A stretch of DNA of 64,000 bases, from positions 3,224,001 to 3,288,000 of the forward strand of contig JBLDXI010000054.1 in NCBI GenBank assembly GCA_047495785.1, written 5' to 3'. Position numbers and translations under genes: made by a program. Every line of letters begins with the position of its first letter. Positions within the stretch are counted from its first letter, which is position 1. Shown in pieces: positions 13,481 to 26,631 of the stretch. Source of the stretch: Lepidodermella squamata (taxonomy: Eukaryota > Animalia > Gastrotricha). Under the pieces are notes generated by a model. It saw only the letters and a list, made by a program, of their open reading frames with translations, was not told where the DNA came from and ran no database searches.

Positions 13481-15443
13481 TTGATGCAGTTTCGTAAAGC
13501 TATAGTTTGCTTGCTATTTGAAGCTGTCCGCGTTACACGTTCGCTGTCGCGAATATGAGGATGACAAAGCGAGATCTAGCTATTCGATCGAACTCAAGCG
13601 ACAGATTACATCCGGTGTCGAAGATTGATCTATTGCCAATAGGAAGATATCGAATTCAGCGCTCGCGTGCTGCGCACGCTCGCTTCGGGTCGTTTTTGTT
13701 ACTCAACGAACCATATTCGATCGAATATACCTGATAAATAGCGTGCGAAGCGAGCTTAGCTGGGGCTACTTTTCACGATTATCAGTCTGAAAATGATCAG
13801 GTTTATCTCAAATTCGGACAAGCCTGGGTTAACCAGCTATGGATAGCGTTGACCCCCTGGACGGCCCTTCGCTAAAGCAGCGATGATCCCTCCAGGTTCT
13901 TCGTCGCAAAATTACACCAAACTTTCGCGGCGCTATTTCGCATGCTCTGATAAGAATTCAGAGTGATTCAGAATTCTCCCATCGATAAACATACGACTGC
14001 AGTATGTTTCACTATATAAGTATTTCAGTCCATATTTCAATAAATCTTCAACAAGTCTTAAACTCGTTTTTTCAATTTTAATCAAGCCAATCATATGTAC
14101 AAAACTGAGAATGTCGGAAGTTCTGCAAAGAAAGTGTAGCCCGTGGCGCAAGCTGCATCGGTGCACATCATGATGCCGCCGCATGCAACATGCAAAACTC
14201 ATTTGCAAGATCTCCATGGAGAAAGACTTGATGATTTTTTTTAACATGGATGGATACTTCGTTGTTATTCGATATTCGATGCATAGTTGCCTTTTTAACC
14301 AGCTCTCAAAAGTTTCTGCGAGAAACTCGACGGAAAAACAGCAGTTGGGTAACTCGAACAACGCAACTTTAACTTAGTGCCGCAACTTGCAAGTTTCGAA
14401 GCGCGCGCTCAAGTCACAAGTTTGAAAAAAATACCGCCAAAATAAAATATAATTTTTGCACTCATTAATAATTTTGGATTTTAAATAAAATTCCAGGAAT
14501 TAATTTTTTTTAATGTGAATCCTGTCCCCTCACGAAACCGCGGCCAGAGCGATTCGCGTTTACACACTGAGGGGGGGGGGGTCCACACTTTTTAAGGAAC
14601 CACGTAAAAATTGACTTCACGCGGTGACACAAAACAACACGTTACCTGTAGAATTTTTGCAAATAAATTATACCATTAGACAGCTGGGGATATTAGCTAC
14701 ATGCTGGTATAATTTTTTTCGAGAATATCTTTTGCCTTGGCCTTGTAATAAACACTCAAAGTAGGTACACTTTTGCCAATTTTCTTCTATTCTGCGTAGA
14801 CCTTATTATATAGGGGGCTGACGGTGTGCCTTTTTTCCTCTTCCCTGGCCATTTCCCTTTTCGCCGCTGTCCTTTCCCAACCCTCTCTCCATTCTTCGGG
14901 AGGGCACGACCGTGCCCCCACAATTTACTTCGAACTTTAGCTGAGGCTTCGCTGTTCCTTTTCTGGCCCTGTGCCAGGGGCCTTTCAATTGCGGTCTGTA
15001 ACCCGATTCCCGATGGGGCGATATAGGTTCAACATTTTCTGAGACTTTTCTCTTAAAAGCTCTATGACTAGAGATTAAATCATGAACCATGCCCCCTGCC
15101 CTTCCACGCTATGCGCTATGCCCTGGCAAGGCGTAAGGCCACTGATTTTTTCCGATCATTCGAGGTGCTTGAACTTAATACGGACTAATGAGTCATCGTT
15201 ACGTCAGAGACGCTCATTTCTCAGATGTGAGCGAAACAACTATAGATAGTTGCAAGTTGTAAGTTAGAAGCAAGAGAGAATTTTAGGTAAATCCTTATTG
15301 AGGTTGAATAGAGCTCCTGTTACGTAACTGTTTAATCTCAACACATACTTTCCAAGCAGATTGGGATTTTTAACATGTAACATGTAACCGGCTTTAACAA
15401 TAATACAAAATTCCCGTTCTTTGTTAGTTGTTAGAATGAATTG

Positions 15444-16747
15444 ATGTTTTTAAACCTAAATATGAAGTCGATATTCCTCAACCAAACATCACTTCAATAT
15501 TTATCGGGTAACATACTTCCCAATGCGATTACATTTTGTGGCAGCAATGAGATCCTAGCTGGAATGTCCAATGGTCAGCTGCTATTGAGTCGTATCAGGC
15601 CCATTCTAGAAGTAACCTGCGAGTACAACGCCCCAGACCTGATCACGGCAATTGCAGCAGTATCGTCCTCTAACGATGTCTCCGCTCTGGGCTTTCAATA
15701 TGTATGTGTCACCGCACTTGGCTTGTTAGTTTTTCTCAAGAAAAGCGTTGTAAACGGCAAAGAAGCGCTGCTTGAGTATTGCACGCTGCAAACTCCTCCT
15801 AACGCGTTTTCCCTGATGATTGGCGATATTGAAAACGGGCAGTTAGAGCTGGTAATTGGCTACACTGATCGCTTCGCTCGAATATACAAAACTAAGCCCA
15901 ATACATCGGGCTTGAGTTTGTCCTTGGAGCTCTGTTGTTCAATTAGCTTCAGCGGTCATGTGGCTAGTATGTGTTCGTTTTTCTCATACAGTTTAAATTC
16001 AAATTGTCTTCTGGTATCTCAACCCGGTGCGACATTTGTTGCCATTTCATTTTCGGAACTTCCTAAAACCGGTGGCTTATTTGAAGTCGACGATAAAATC
16101 CGCCGAGGGCCGGGTAAATTATGATTTAATCCAGAAATTCGCCTGGATTGTTCAGTTTATTTCTAGGCTCGCAGTCATTGTTATGTCGCTCTTCTGTTCG
16201 TACGTCTTGGTGCTGTCCGTTCATTCAATTCAGCGCTGATCGTGCCTCAGAAGAACTTGTTTGCATTGCTACTCTTGATGGCTTGCTGGCAATTTGTCGA
16301 TTAAATGATGGTGTTTCGATCTTCGAGATCGCCCTAGCGAGCCAGCTAGTTGATTTATCACCTGTTATCGTAACAATGGACAACTCTTTAAAAAGTTTCG
16401 TTGCTCTTGCATCTTGGAACGGTGTCATTTATTTAATCAGCGAAAACTGTGATATTCGGAAATTCGAAACTGGGGTTGCACCACAATGTGTTGCGAAGCC
16501 TTGCCAATCCGTTGCTTCAGATTGCTTCGCAATGGTATCTCTGGCGCCAAGCTCTTTGATATCCTACGAGATCAACGTTAATAACGTATTTGTCAATCCT
16601 AACTTGTTCGCTAATTTTAGAATGGATGAAAAGTCTTCCGCGATCATTGACGAACAGACAAAAGGTAAATCTGTACCACAAAAAGTAGCTTTCTTGCGCG
16701 AACTGCTTTATAGCGGCGAGAAGTCAAATTCTGCTGTAAATGAATAA
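15444..16747 (+). CDS. ITFG2: KICSTOR subunit ITFG2 (FG-GAP repeat protein), 2 exons
   Basis: 'LSGNILPNAI', 'IGDIENGQLELVIGYTDRFARIY', 'LLVSQPG', 'IATLDG' and 'ASWNG..Y' match ITFG2; intron about 16114-16166. Confidence 0.8.
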
Positions 16748-16859
16748 AATTTACAGATATTTTTACGATTCCTGACAATATCTTGAAAATGCCAGCTTTA
16801 ATCCATCCATCGCTTTTACATTATGTTTAGATTATTATTGAATAAATGACTCACTTTTA

Positions 16860-18641
16860 ATGGAGGGAAAGAAATGGGTAAGATTGAGGAAAAGGTTATT
16901 TTGAAAATATTAAAAAAATCTTATTTCAGAATAATATTGCGTCGCAATTCGACCTGCCTGAGCGTCAAGCTAAAGTCAAGCAGCTGTTAAAAATCAATGA
17001 GCCTGGAGCCGAAGTTTGGTGCCTCTGCCGATCTTCAGATTGTAGCACTTTTATGATGTTTGTCCACCTAGCAAATTACAAGAAACCTGATGATTTACGT
17101 TAGGTATGTTTCAGAGGCTGCGATAATTGCGATGAATGGTATCACGGAAACTGTATTGGCTTGAAAGAGCGCGAGTCAAAGAAAATCAAGAAATATTTTT
17201 GCGAGAAATGTCGAGCCGAAGACCCTAGTCTCGAGATTCAATACAAGCCGCAATATGCTGAAAAAATGCAGCGCAAAAAGCAAAAACGTTTAAGGGTCGA
17301 GGAAGACGAGGCTTTCTCCGATTTAGATTCAGTAAGATTTTCACTTCATACTTGTAGGTTTTTAAAGTCGCAATTTTTCTAGGCACAATCGAAAAAGCAG
17401 AAAACCAGTGAATCAGTGAAGACTGAGACACCCAAACAGAAGCAGGTCGCGGAAGTTATCAATCGGCAAAATAAATCGGTTCCTCGTCCTTCTCCAGCCC
17501 AACCTCAATCTGTCAAGGTAGAACCTACCCCAAAGGCTGCCGAGAAGCCGGTTGCTTACGTTCCATCTCAATGCTATGGACCCGGCTGTTGCGAGGCTGC
17601 CCGGCCTGGTTCGAAGTATTGCAGTGACGATTGTGGCATGAATTTAGCGCGAAATCGAATTTTCGAGTTGCTTCCGTGGCGAGTTAGTCAATGGGTCGCA
17701 TCTACATCATCTGCCGACTTGAAAAATCAGAAAGACCTTGAAAAGCTGCGGGAAGACCGTCAGGCTCTTCACGACCAATTAGCTGCTTTGGACTCGAAAA
17801 AACAAAAGCTGGAAAATTTGATAACACGCGCGAAAAGCACGCTGCCGATGCCAGACCGAACTGACGAGGAGGGTGGCGAGGAGGGCGCGGGTGAGGGCGC
17901 TAGCTCAAAAGGCAATGAAGAAGCTCAACTTGACTGTGTTTCCTGCGGTAACGCTCAACCTCAAAAAATGGCCTTCCGTCACATGGAGCGGTGTTTTGCC
18001 CGCTTAGAGAGCCAAACCACCTGTTGGTCGATAATGAGCACCCGAATCGAGGGTGACTCTATGCTGTGTGATTATTACAGCCCTCAGCTCAACATGTACT
18101 GCAAACGTTTAAAACACATCTGCCCTGAACATTTTAAGGAGGAGAAGAGCGAAACTGAAGTTTGCGGTTGCCCTCTTGTCACACATGGCAGCTCGCCGAT
18201 GTTCGAAGTTTGTTTCAACGTATGCGGCCAACAGAAAAGCTGTTCCGATGACGCGGAATACACCGAATTTTGTCGATTGCTCAAATCCCGATGCACACGA
18301 CACACGTCTTGGGATCGGTTAAGGCGTGCGCATATTGATCTCGAACGATTCAAATTGGTATGCAACTTCATGCTTTATCGGATTTTCCTCATTTTGTTTG
18401 TTTTTAGTGGAGTAAACTCGAAGAGCTGCTGGAGAGGGAAAATCAAATCCGGTTCGCCCTATCTAATCGCGCTGGGGTAGTTGCGCTTCTACTCAATGAA
18501 ACAGTTGACTGTGATCCCGATGTTCCTTTGATCCGGCCGAAAAATGTTGTAAAATCGGATGTTCAGCCGGCGGCCCAACCTGGACACGAGTATTGCTCTA
18601 CCTTAAAAGAAGCTCAGCAGCCGATGGAAACGTCTGCATGA
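16860..18641 (+). CDS. CXXC1: CFP1/CXXC1 (SET1/COMPASS PHD subunit) lacking a CXXC finger
   Basis: 'QFDLPERQAKV', PHD 'WCLCRSSDCSTFM|IGCDNCDEWYHGNC...FCEKC', 'QCYGPGC...SKYCSDDCGMNLA', 'HMERCF', 'YCKRLKHICPEH', final exon 'LSNRAGVVALLL'. Confidence 0.9.
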
Positions 18642-19293
18642 ATTGTTCCGTTTTTTATACGTTTTTTGACAAAAATACGGCAATAAATGTCATCGAAGCA
18701 TCTTTTTATTTCACTTTTCCAATGAACTCAGATGTTATAAATCTCGCAGGAGCAGGTGTAGATGATGATAATAATAACTCGGAGCAACAAGACAATGAGA
18801 GTGATTTTTCAAGAGTGAACCAGTCAAGCTGGTAATTCGAGCATGACGTGATACTTTCTACGCAATTAATGATTTTGTCGTAAAGACTGGAATGAGCCGT
18901 TTTCATTGACTGATGATGATAATAATAGTGTGAGGTTACTTGTCGTAATATCGCAAAAGCACGCGCATCCCACCCGCTGCCGCTGAGTTCATTCGTGTGG
19001 CACATGGAAGTAACTGACAAACGAGACGATAAAACTTCGTACAACAAGTTGTATGCATAATATATATTTTTATAGATAAATTTCTTTTTATTCAATATAG
19101 TATAGCAATATAATTTTTTAGCAAACAGCAACAATTGAACCATTTTGTTTCAAAACCGAAGGATTTTCGCAACAATAAAACTCGTCAAATTCTCGAATAA
19201 TAATAGAATTAGATTGATACAAAGGTGATGTAGGTTTTTCTTTGTTTGTTTGAAATGCGTAGAACAATGAGGCAGATTCTTCTCAAGAAATCA

Positions 19294-22200
19294 CTAGACG
19301 AAAGAGGAGCCGCGCCCGTTGGAGCCCGAAACTAAAATGCCGGTGGTATCACAGGCAGGCGACGCCTGATGCTCGGGCGCTTCTTCTTCGTTCGTTGACG
19401 TGTCGTCGACCATGAGCAACGAGGGTGACGAGTCGGAACCCGTCGCTTCGGCTTTGACCATCGCTGCGAAGGGTCCACTGACGGCGGTGAAAGCCGACGT
19501 TCTCGTCTCTTTCACCGCAACTGATGAGGTAGTACTACTAGCTGTTAAGCTGGATCCAAACATATTGCGCAGGAGCGAATCGCGTGAAAAATTATTAGTA
19601 GAAGTAGTAGTGCTGTTGACAGCTGGACCAGGTGAGACTTGATTGCGTTTGTTGGCCGGCTGGAGTTGCTGGCCGGACGAAGAGGCCAAGAGATCGCGTT
19701 CCAAATTTCGGGACAGGAAAATCGGAATTAAACTGGATACGGAAACTGAGCCGAGGTGCGTGCGGAAAAACAACTCTTCGACTACGTTGGGTTGAAGGCG
19801 TTGGATAGACGCGAGCAGTAGCATGACGGACGAAACACGCTGCACCACCGCCGCTTGACCAGACGAGGAAGTAAATTCGGTGTCATCGGCACCGTTTTGG
19901 AGCAAACTGCCCAGCGTCGACGTCGAGCAGGAAGATTGCGGTGCTGATATAGACGCACCGCTGCATTGGAAAGACGAAAATTGTTGCAGGGTGAGGTCGC
20001 GCAGGCCCTTTAAAGCCGCGCTCGGCTCGTCATCGGCCGAGAAAAGCACGAAAAGGCGCAGGAAACCGAACTCCGGCGCACCCAGGTGCAAACTGTCTGC
20101 ACTCGATAATATGGACGATAGCAGTTTGTTTTGCTCGCACAACAGTGCGGATGCGTTCTTTTGATCAGCTGCTGCTGCCGCTGGTTTGCTGTTGCTGTTG
20201 TTGTTTGTCGCATCTTCTTTAGTCGCCAGGATGAGGCGCAAATGATTGTCAACAGCGGATAAAATAATAGGAAAGTTAAACCGCTTCGAACATTGGGCCA
20301 TGCTTATCGCAAACAGCGCGTGCCAGGAGTTCTGGAGAATTCGCATTTGAGTCTGAAAAATACGAAATATTACCTCAAAACTCAAATAAAAAATCGATAA
20401 TAATTGGGTATAAATATTTGCAATATTAAAATCGGAGTACCATAGCTAAATTTTTTCCGATTTCGATTTTTTTCTCAATCGATAATGATGTCACGGGATT
20501 TTTCACTCTAGCTGTCTGATAAAATCATCAAGACAGAATTTTTGCAACGTTGGCTGCCAAGATTTCTTATGTTCGAAAATTAATGATTTGTAAAATCGAT
20601 ATTTGAAATCGATATCGGCGCTCTGCAGGCTGAATTATAACTCGTAAATTAGGCATGATAATAAAAATTGAACTCGAAAAGCCGTGTTTTGAGGAAATTT
20701 AGTACTAGAGCCTCAAATTTAGTACACTCGTGATTCTAATGCGTCCTCCTTAATGCTATAAATAGGTGCGAGGCCTATGAAAGAAGCGTAAGCGTACCTC
20801 TGTAGGAAGGAACTCGAATGCTGGCAATTTTTTAATCCAAGCCAACGTGTGAAATAGCAGGCGACTAGTACATTGAAACACTTGTTGGCTATTCATAACG
20901 GCGCCCGTTGCCATCAGTTGAGCAGCAAGTGTCGGCGATGACAAGTCAGAACCGGGCAAAGGGCCGACGTCAAACTTGACGAGGTCGGCGGGCAGAACCG
21001 GGCCTACGAAGACCGGCGGGCTATTCTGTGCACTTTTCGCCGCCATCGCGCCGTTTTGGCCGTTATCGCTGCCAGACGATTTAGCAGCCTCCAGGAGTAC
21101 TGAGAAAGTTTTACTCAGCTCAGATGACGGCAGGCCGTTCGAGGCGTTGCTGGTTTCATTGAGTAACGTATTTCTCGCGTTGCCATTGGCTGAAGCGAAG
21201 AGAGGGGGCGATAAGGAGGAGACTGATTGGCGGCCTCGCGACGTGCTCCGCTGAAGCATAAATTCCGAATCATCATCGCTGACTATTGAGGCGGCATTCC
21301 GAATGACTCCGACGCAGGGCGATTGGGTTTGAGCATTGCCATTTGTTTGGAGCGGTTGAGATCGACGAGCTGAGTTGTTGACCACCGCAAGCAACTGCGC
21401 TAATTGCGAATTGCTTGACTGATACACCGACGAGCTGCTCTGAGCAGGGGTGGGCAGCGACGGCAGATCAGCCAGCTGCTGTTGCAGTTGCGACATTTGC
21501 TGAGGTGGTTGTGACGTAGGTACCGCACTAGCCGGCTGGGGTGAGGGAGTCACTCCTGGGGTATTTGAGCCGAAGTCAGGGGGAGGAGGTGATTGCGATA
21601 AAAGAAATCCGCTGCCTTTTCGGCCAGGTTGCACAGCTAAAATATTTTATTAACATTAAAAAAAAATCCACCTTAATTTTTTCCGAAAACTCACATTCAC
21701 GCTTCATGCCCATTTTGAGGCATTTTTGTAGTCGGCAATACTGGCAATTATTGCGGAGGGTAACGTTGACTTCGCAAACTTTCTTGAAATGGCATTGGTA
21801 TTGAATGTTTTTGCGAACCGAACGTTTGAAAAATCCTTTACAGCCTTCGCATGAAATAATGCCGTAGTGGCGACCCGAAGCCCGATCACCGCATACTACG
21901 CACGATTCAATGACCACATATTGTAATTGACCAGCTTGTTTATTGCCGATATCCAAAGGCTATAAAAATCGAAAAGCAAAATCCACATAAAAACCCATGT
22001 TTTGACGCGCCAAGAATAAAACTAACACTATCGGCGATTTCATTCAATAAATACGATGTTTTCTCCGGTACCGTCGAGTCTTGTTCCACTGTATCCGAAT
22101 CGCTGTTATTAAGCCGCGTGGAAAATTGCGATCCGTTGCTTCCGTTCGATTTTACCGCCTGGTTTTGCGGCGGGGCATTCTGCGGCATAACATCGGGTTC

Positions 22201-22533
22201 GGAAATTAACCGTTGTAAATGTTTGGTTGTAAACAACGGCAGGCGTTGTGTTAATGTGTAAATAGGCGCCATTGCCGATTCAAATTTCCGCTTATCATCC
22301 TCCTGATCGCTATCATCGTCGTTCGTTCCATTTCCGTTGCCGTTCTTCTCATTTTTCACATTTGACTCGTCGTTATTCGGCGACATAGAATCAGAGTCTG
22401 CGGAGTAGTCGGCGTTGCTTGACAAACGTAATGGCGTCTCGGACTGACGGTCCAAATCCGGGGCACCGCCACCCTCGCTTCCATCGATTCGGCGGCGTTT
22501 ACTGGAGAGACCACTTAAATCGATCACTTCCAT
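19294..22533 (-). CDS. Orphan nuclear receptor, NR2C (TR2/TR4/HR78-like)
   Basis: C4 zinc-finger DBD '[31 protein letters not shown]...[17 protein letters not shown]'; LBD '[17 protein letters not shown]...[10 protein letters not shown]...VVEELFF'. Confidence 0.85.
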
Positions 22534-25500
22534 TTAATTTATTGATAATAAAAAGCCGCGGTGGTCAGCGCATTGCTATCGAGGTGTAATATTTTCGGAA
22601 CAGATCGTCTAGAAAAAGAAATGGAATTGCTAGTAAGTACTTGAGTGAAAAACAGTCATGGTCAACCGAGGGAAGCGCGTCAATTAGAGCGTGTGGCGAT
22701 AAAACGTGTGCCAAACTAAAGATAGAGTCGAAATTAGCTTTACGAAAACAAAACGGAAGAGAAGCGCACTAAATACAAGGCAATATGATCTCCGCTATAC
22801 AGGGTTGTTTTGACCTAGCCTCGCGGGAAAACTCGAGCATCATGTGGTCAGTCAGTCAGTCAGTACTTGACTCAGACGGCAATGTATCTAGAAGAAAGGG
22901 AAAGAGCACGCGCTCTTGCCAAGGTAGAAATATATTGCGGATAGAGAAAACGAACGGCTCGCGAGCGGGCAGTCAGCATCCCCGTGCCGCCGCAATAGCG
23001 TCAGAGGCTTGCCCTATTGTATACGGACTAATATAATACAAGTAGTACTCATATACAGCAAGTATGCACGCTATGAAATGCTCAATAGCGATATAGCATG
23101 AAGAGTAAGCGAAGCTTGCCAAGCACGCCGGGTCCACAGCGCAAGAGGTCAGGTCCTGTAAACAGTCGAACTCGTATACATGAATATACTAGCGGGTGTA
23201 GAGCAGAAGCGATGATCATGTAAACAGTTCTAATTAATTACGAAAGCGTGGGTTCACGACTCGGCCACAATGAGTTCAACAGACGCGCGCAAAGTTTAGG
23301 GGTTAAAGGCGCTCTATATAACATTAATATTACTACGCATAGCCAGTATTGGTCATATTATCAGCCAGTCGGTCGGTCACTGAGCGGTCCGGTACGACGC
23401 ACCCTGGCCAAGAAGGTTAAGCGCCGCGTTAAGCCAAAAAGGTCACAACAGGGTTAACAGCGCGCGTTATGTCATCGACATCTGTGCGCGCGCTTAGTAC
23501 ACCGGTATCAAGTATGGGCAGTGGTCAGCGCCCCCTATAATACAATCGCTGGAAGCCAAATAATTGGCAACAATAGCGGGCATCGAATAGCCGAAATAAG
23601 GTATTTCCGCACTTGGGTGCGTTTTTTATGTCAGGAATTATCCTTTGCCTATGTAAATGCACCGTGAATTCCAGTTTATATATACATTACAGTACATCGC
23701 ACATAAAGGCATAAAAGTGCAGCGAGTTGCGCGGCCAATGGATGTATTTTTTGTTGTTCTGACACGAGTATATGCAAGTGCGCGCCTTCTGCTATTTTAG
23801 GTTAGAATGCACTGGTCGATAAATGAGTGGCCAGCGTATTTGGCAGAAAAGTAGCTGTATAACCGGTCCCAATATTATACACAAATGATGCAATGAGAAG
23901 ATGTATGGCTATCACATTATACATCAACAGGAAAAAACCGAAATCTTCGATAAGTGCATTGAACGGGGGCCACAGTAAATATAACATTTCATCTCAGCGC
24001 AGAGCAAGGTCAGTCGAGCGACGTGAGTAGCGGAGAGAAAATCGAATGCGAATAAACATACTGCGACCTAACGAACATTCAGAATAAAGAGGTCATAAGC
24101 TCAAGCATTTACGCGAATACTTTTATTAATAGCAAAACCTGTTCATGTCAGCGTCAATTAGTATCAAGTCATTCGCATAAACAGCGCATGCTAAAATTAC
24201 TGTCATGTTGCGTTACGCAAATCCAATTAGGCATCGCACCGTGAAAAAAAGAAATCTTTGTCACTTCCTACTTCAGACCATATTGCTGGGGTTGAAATTT
24301 TGTAAAAACTGATTAGTGTCAATTCGCCTATCAAAGAGTGGGCAATAAAGATAACAAAAAAGCAGTTTCGGGACAATGATATGGGATAACATCATAATCT
24401 AATGAAAATCCGTTCCATTTCGAACTTTCCTAGTTTCGAACAATGGACAGTTCCTTTCGCCATACATAAGAATACCTGGGACATAAATAAGAGTCAGTAT
24501 GAATCTCACAACATAGTGATAACACGAATTTGTCTTTCGAGTAGAATCGGAAACAAAATGTCATCTAGAGGCAATTTTATGAATTGCTAATAGGAAACTT
24601 TGGCCAGGACTCAATTATAATTCATTCACCTAATCGTTCACTAAATACCGAGTAATTATGTCAAGCCCTGATAATTTCTCACGATGTCTTCAAAAGTCTG
24701 CCTATATAGATAGAGGATAAACTGATGCATCCGAAGTGGAAATGGGATCTAACTTTCTTCAGTATAACTTTATAAAACGTTTCAAGTTGACAACACATAG
24801 GATTAGAGAGCAGAGAACGGAGAGCTGTAGAAGGTTCAATGCTCAATTTTAGTCAATTAACTTCAGTTTCAAGCCAGGGCACAGAGCCAAAAGATGAGGC
24901 CCGAGAAACAGCACGTGGGGACGATTGATTTAAGTCACTAACAATGTCGTTTTGAAGCACTCCAACGTCTCACAATTTTATTACTATTTTTAGCATTAAA
25001 TTGGGTAATTTTGATCCTGAAAGAATGATTGTTTGCCAATTCTGATAGTTCAACGGGGCGGAGGTTGTTGACTTGAATTTAGGCGTGGGGATAGCACAAC
25101 GGGGTATATAAATGAATTAGAACGAGAAAAAATGAAGCCATAATTTCAAAATTTCATGAAGCTAGGACCAAACTTCAAGTTAACAACAAAAGTTGTTAAC
25201 AAGAGACCGTTTTTCCAATAAAACAAGACCGTTGGAAAAAAAAACCAAACTTCAAGGGCCGCCAACGGCCATTAACAAACTGACGCGGTTCCACATATGG
25301 TGTAGGGCAAGGGTGAATGTTCAGTGATTTCTCAAATATAAATCCTAATTATGAATCATGTGTGTCGAATAAAGTGGTACAAGGTATGGTATATGGTAAT
25401 GATGCGGCTTTCAACGATTGACAAGCTCTGAAAACGTTAAATTATTGAGGAAGAGGTAAGACCGTTGAACAGGAACAACAGTGTTCCCTAGAATCCCTAA

Positions 25501-26631
25501 AATAGCGAAACTGTCGAGTAAATAATGACTAATAATGACTAAACAATATCGCTTACCGCTTCATTGACTAGTAAAAAGTATTGCGAGCTACAAGTTAACT
25601 CCTTCTATTTAGTTCCTTCGCCTATCATCGAAATCAGCTGAACAAGTAATAAGTCACCAGTTTAGATCGCCTAAAGATGCGGATTATTTGCGGGGTTAGT
25701 GTCCGACGAAATAACAACTAAGATGAAGTAAACACGGAGGTGACCCGGTGTGAGTACATTTAGGTGCATTTCTTGGCAAGCTCATCGTATCCTTGCTGAA
25801 AAAGCGTGCTCGATCGCTGGCAGTGATGCCAAACATATTGCTAGCGTCAATATTAAAGGTCAAGGTCACTATTAATCTTAAGAGAATTATCATGCGAACA
25901 TATTTAGAATTATGAAAAAAAATGATTCATACTATTTTACCACTTTTTCGGTTCTTCGGCCTTCACTGTTGCGCGCGCATTTTCTTCGAAAATGTTCAGG
26001 GTTTTCGAAAAGTCTGCTCTTGGCGGATCCCATCGAAGTAGCGGTTCACCCACCGAAAGGAACATCGCAAGGGACGAGGACCTTCCCGCTTCCCGCTTCC
26101 AGGTCAAATGCGACCAACGTGCAATTGGAGCATGCATGAAACACTGCTACCACTGTTGCCACGACTAGTCACATCCTGCCGTTGCGTCTTTAGCGGCGGT
26201 AGTCAGTACCCTTGTTCTGCAGTGGGATGACAGCAAATCTCGACTGGAAGCGACTCGGCCCATGTGAAGATCCTCATTGCAATGTTAACGTAATGACAGC
26301 GAAGCACCTTAAATGTGTAATCTGCTACCCGTCCAGATTCGTTTCGTGATCATCCGCTCCCCAACAAAAGTACATGGTAATTGACGTGGCATGGCATAGT
26401 TCTTCAAGTACTGCCATAATAGCAGGCTTGAAGAAAATTTAATTTTAAATTTAATTGCCACTAATTACTAGTGAGCCTAACACCCAGCAGTTATTGCTAA
26501 TTGCATTTGTTATAATTTTTCGGAATTTAGCTAGGTATGAGGCATATATCTCTGCACGTTCATGTTTGAATTTCTTCTAGGTGATTTATATCCTTCAATT
26601 ACCAGATTTTCGGAACCACGGTCAACTTCAC

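Noticed and set aside
13933-14361. 142-aa minus-strand ORF
   Set aside because: Non-ATG start and no recognisable domain.
15185-15256. Hammerhead-like fold (GCTCA/TGAGC stem, GAAA, CAACTA/TAGTTG stem)
   Set aside because: The core reads CAGAGAC instead of CUGANGA and the cleavage site lacks the conserved U, so it cannot be called a ribozyme.
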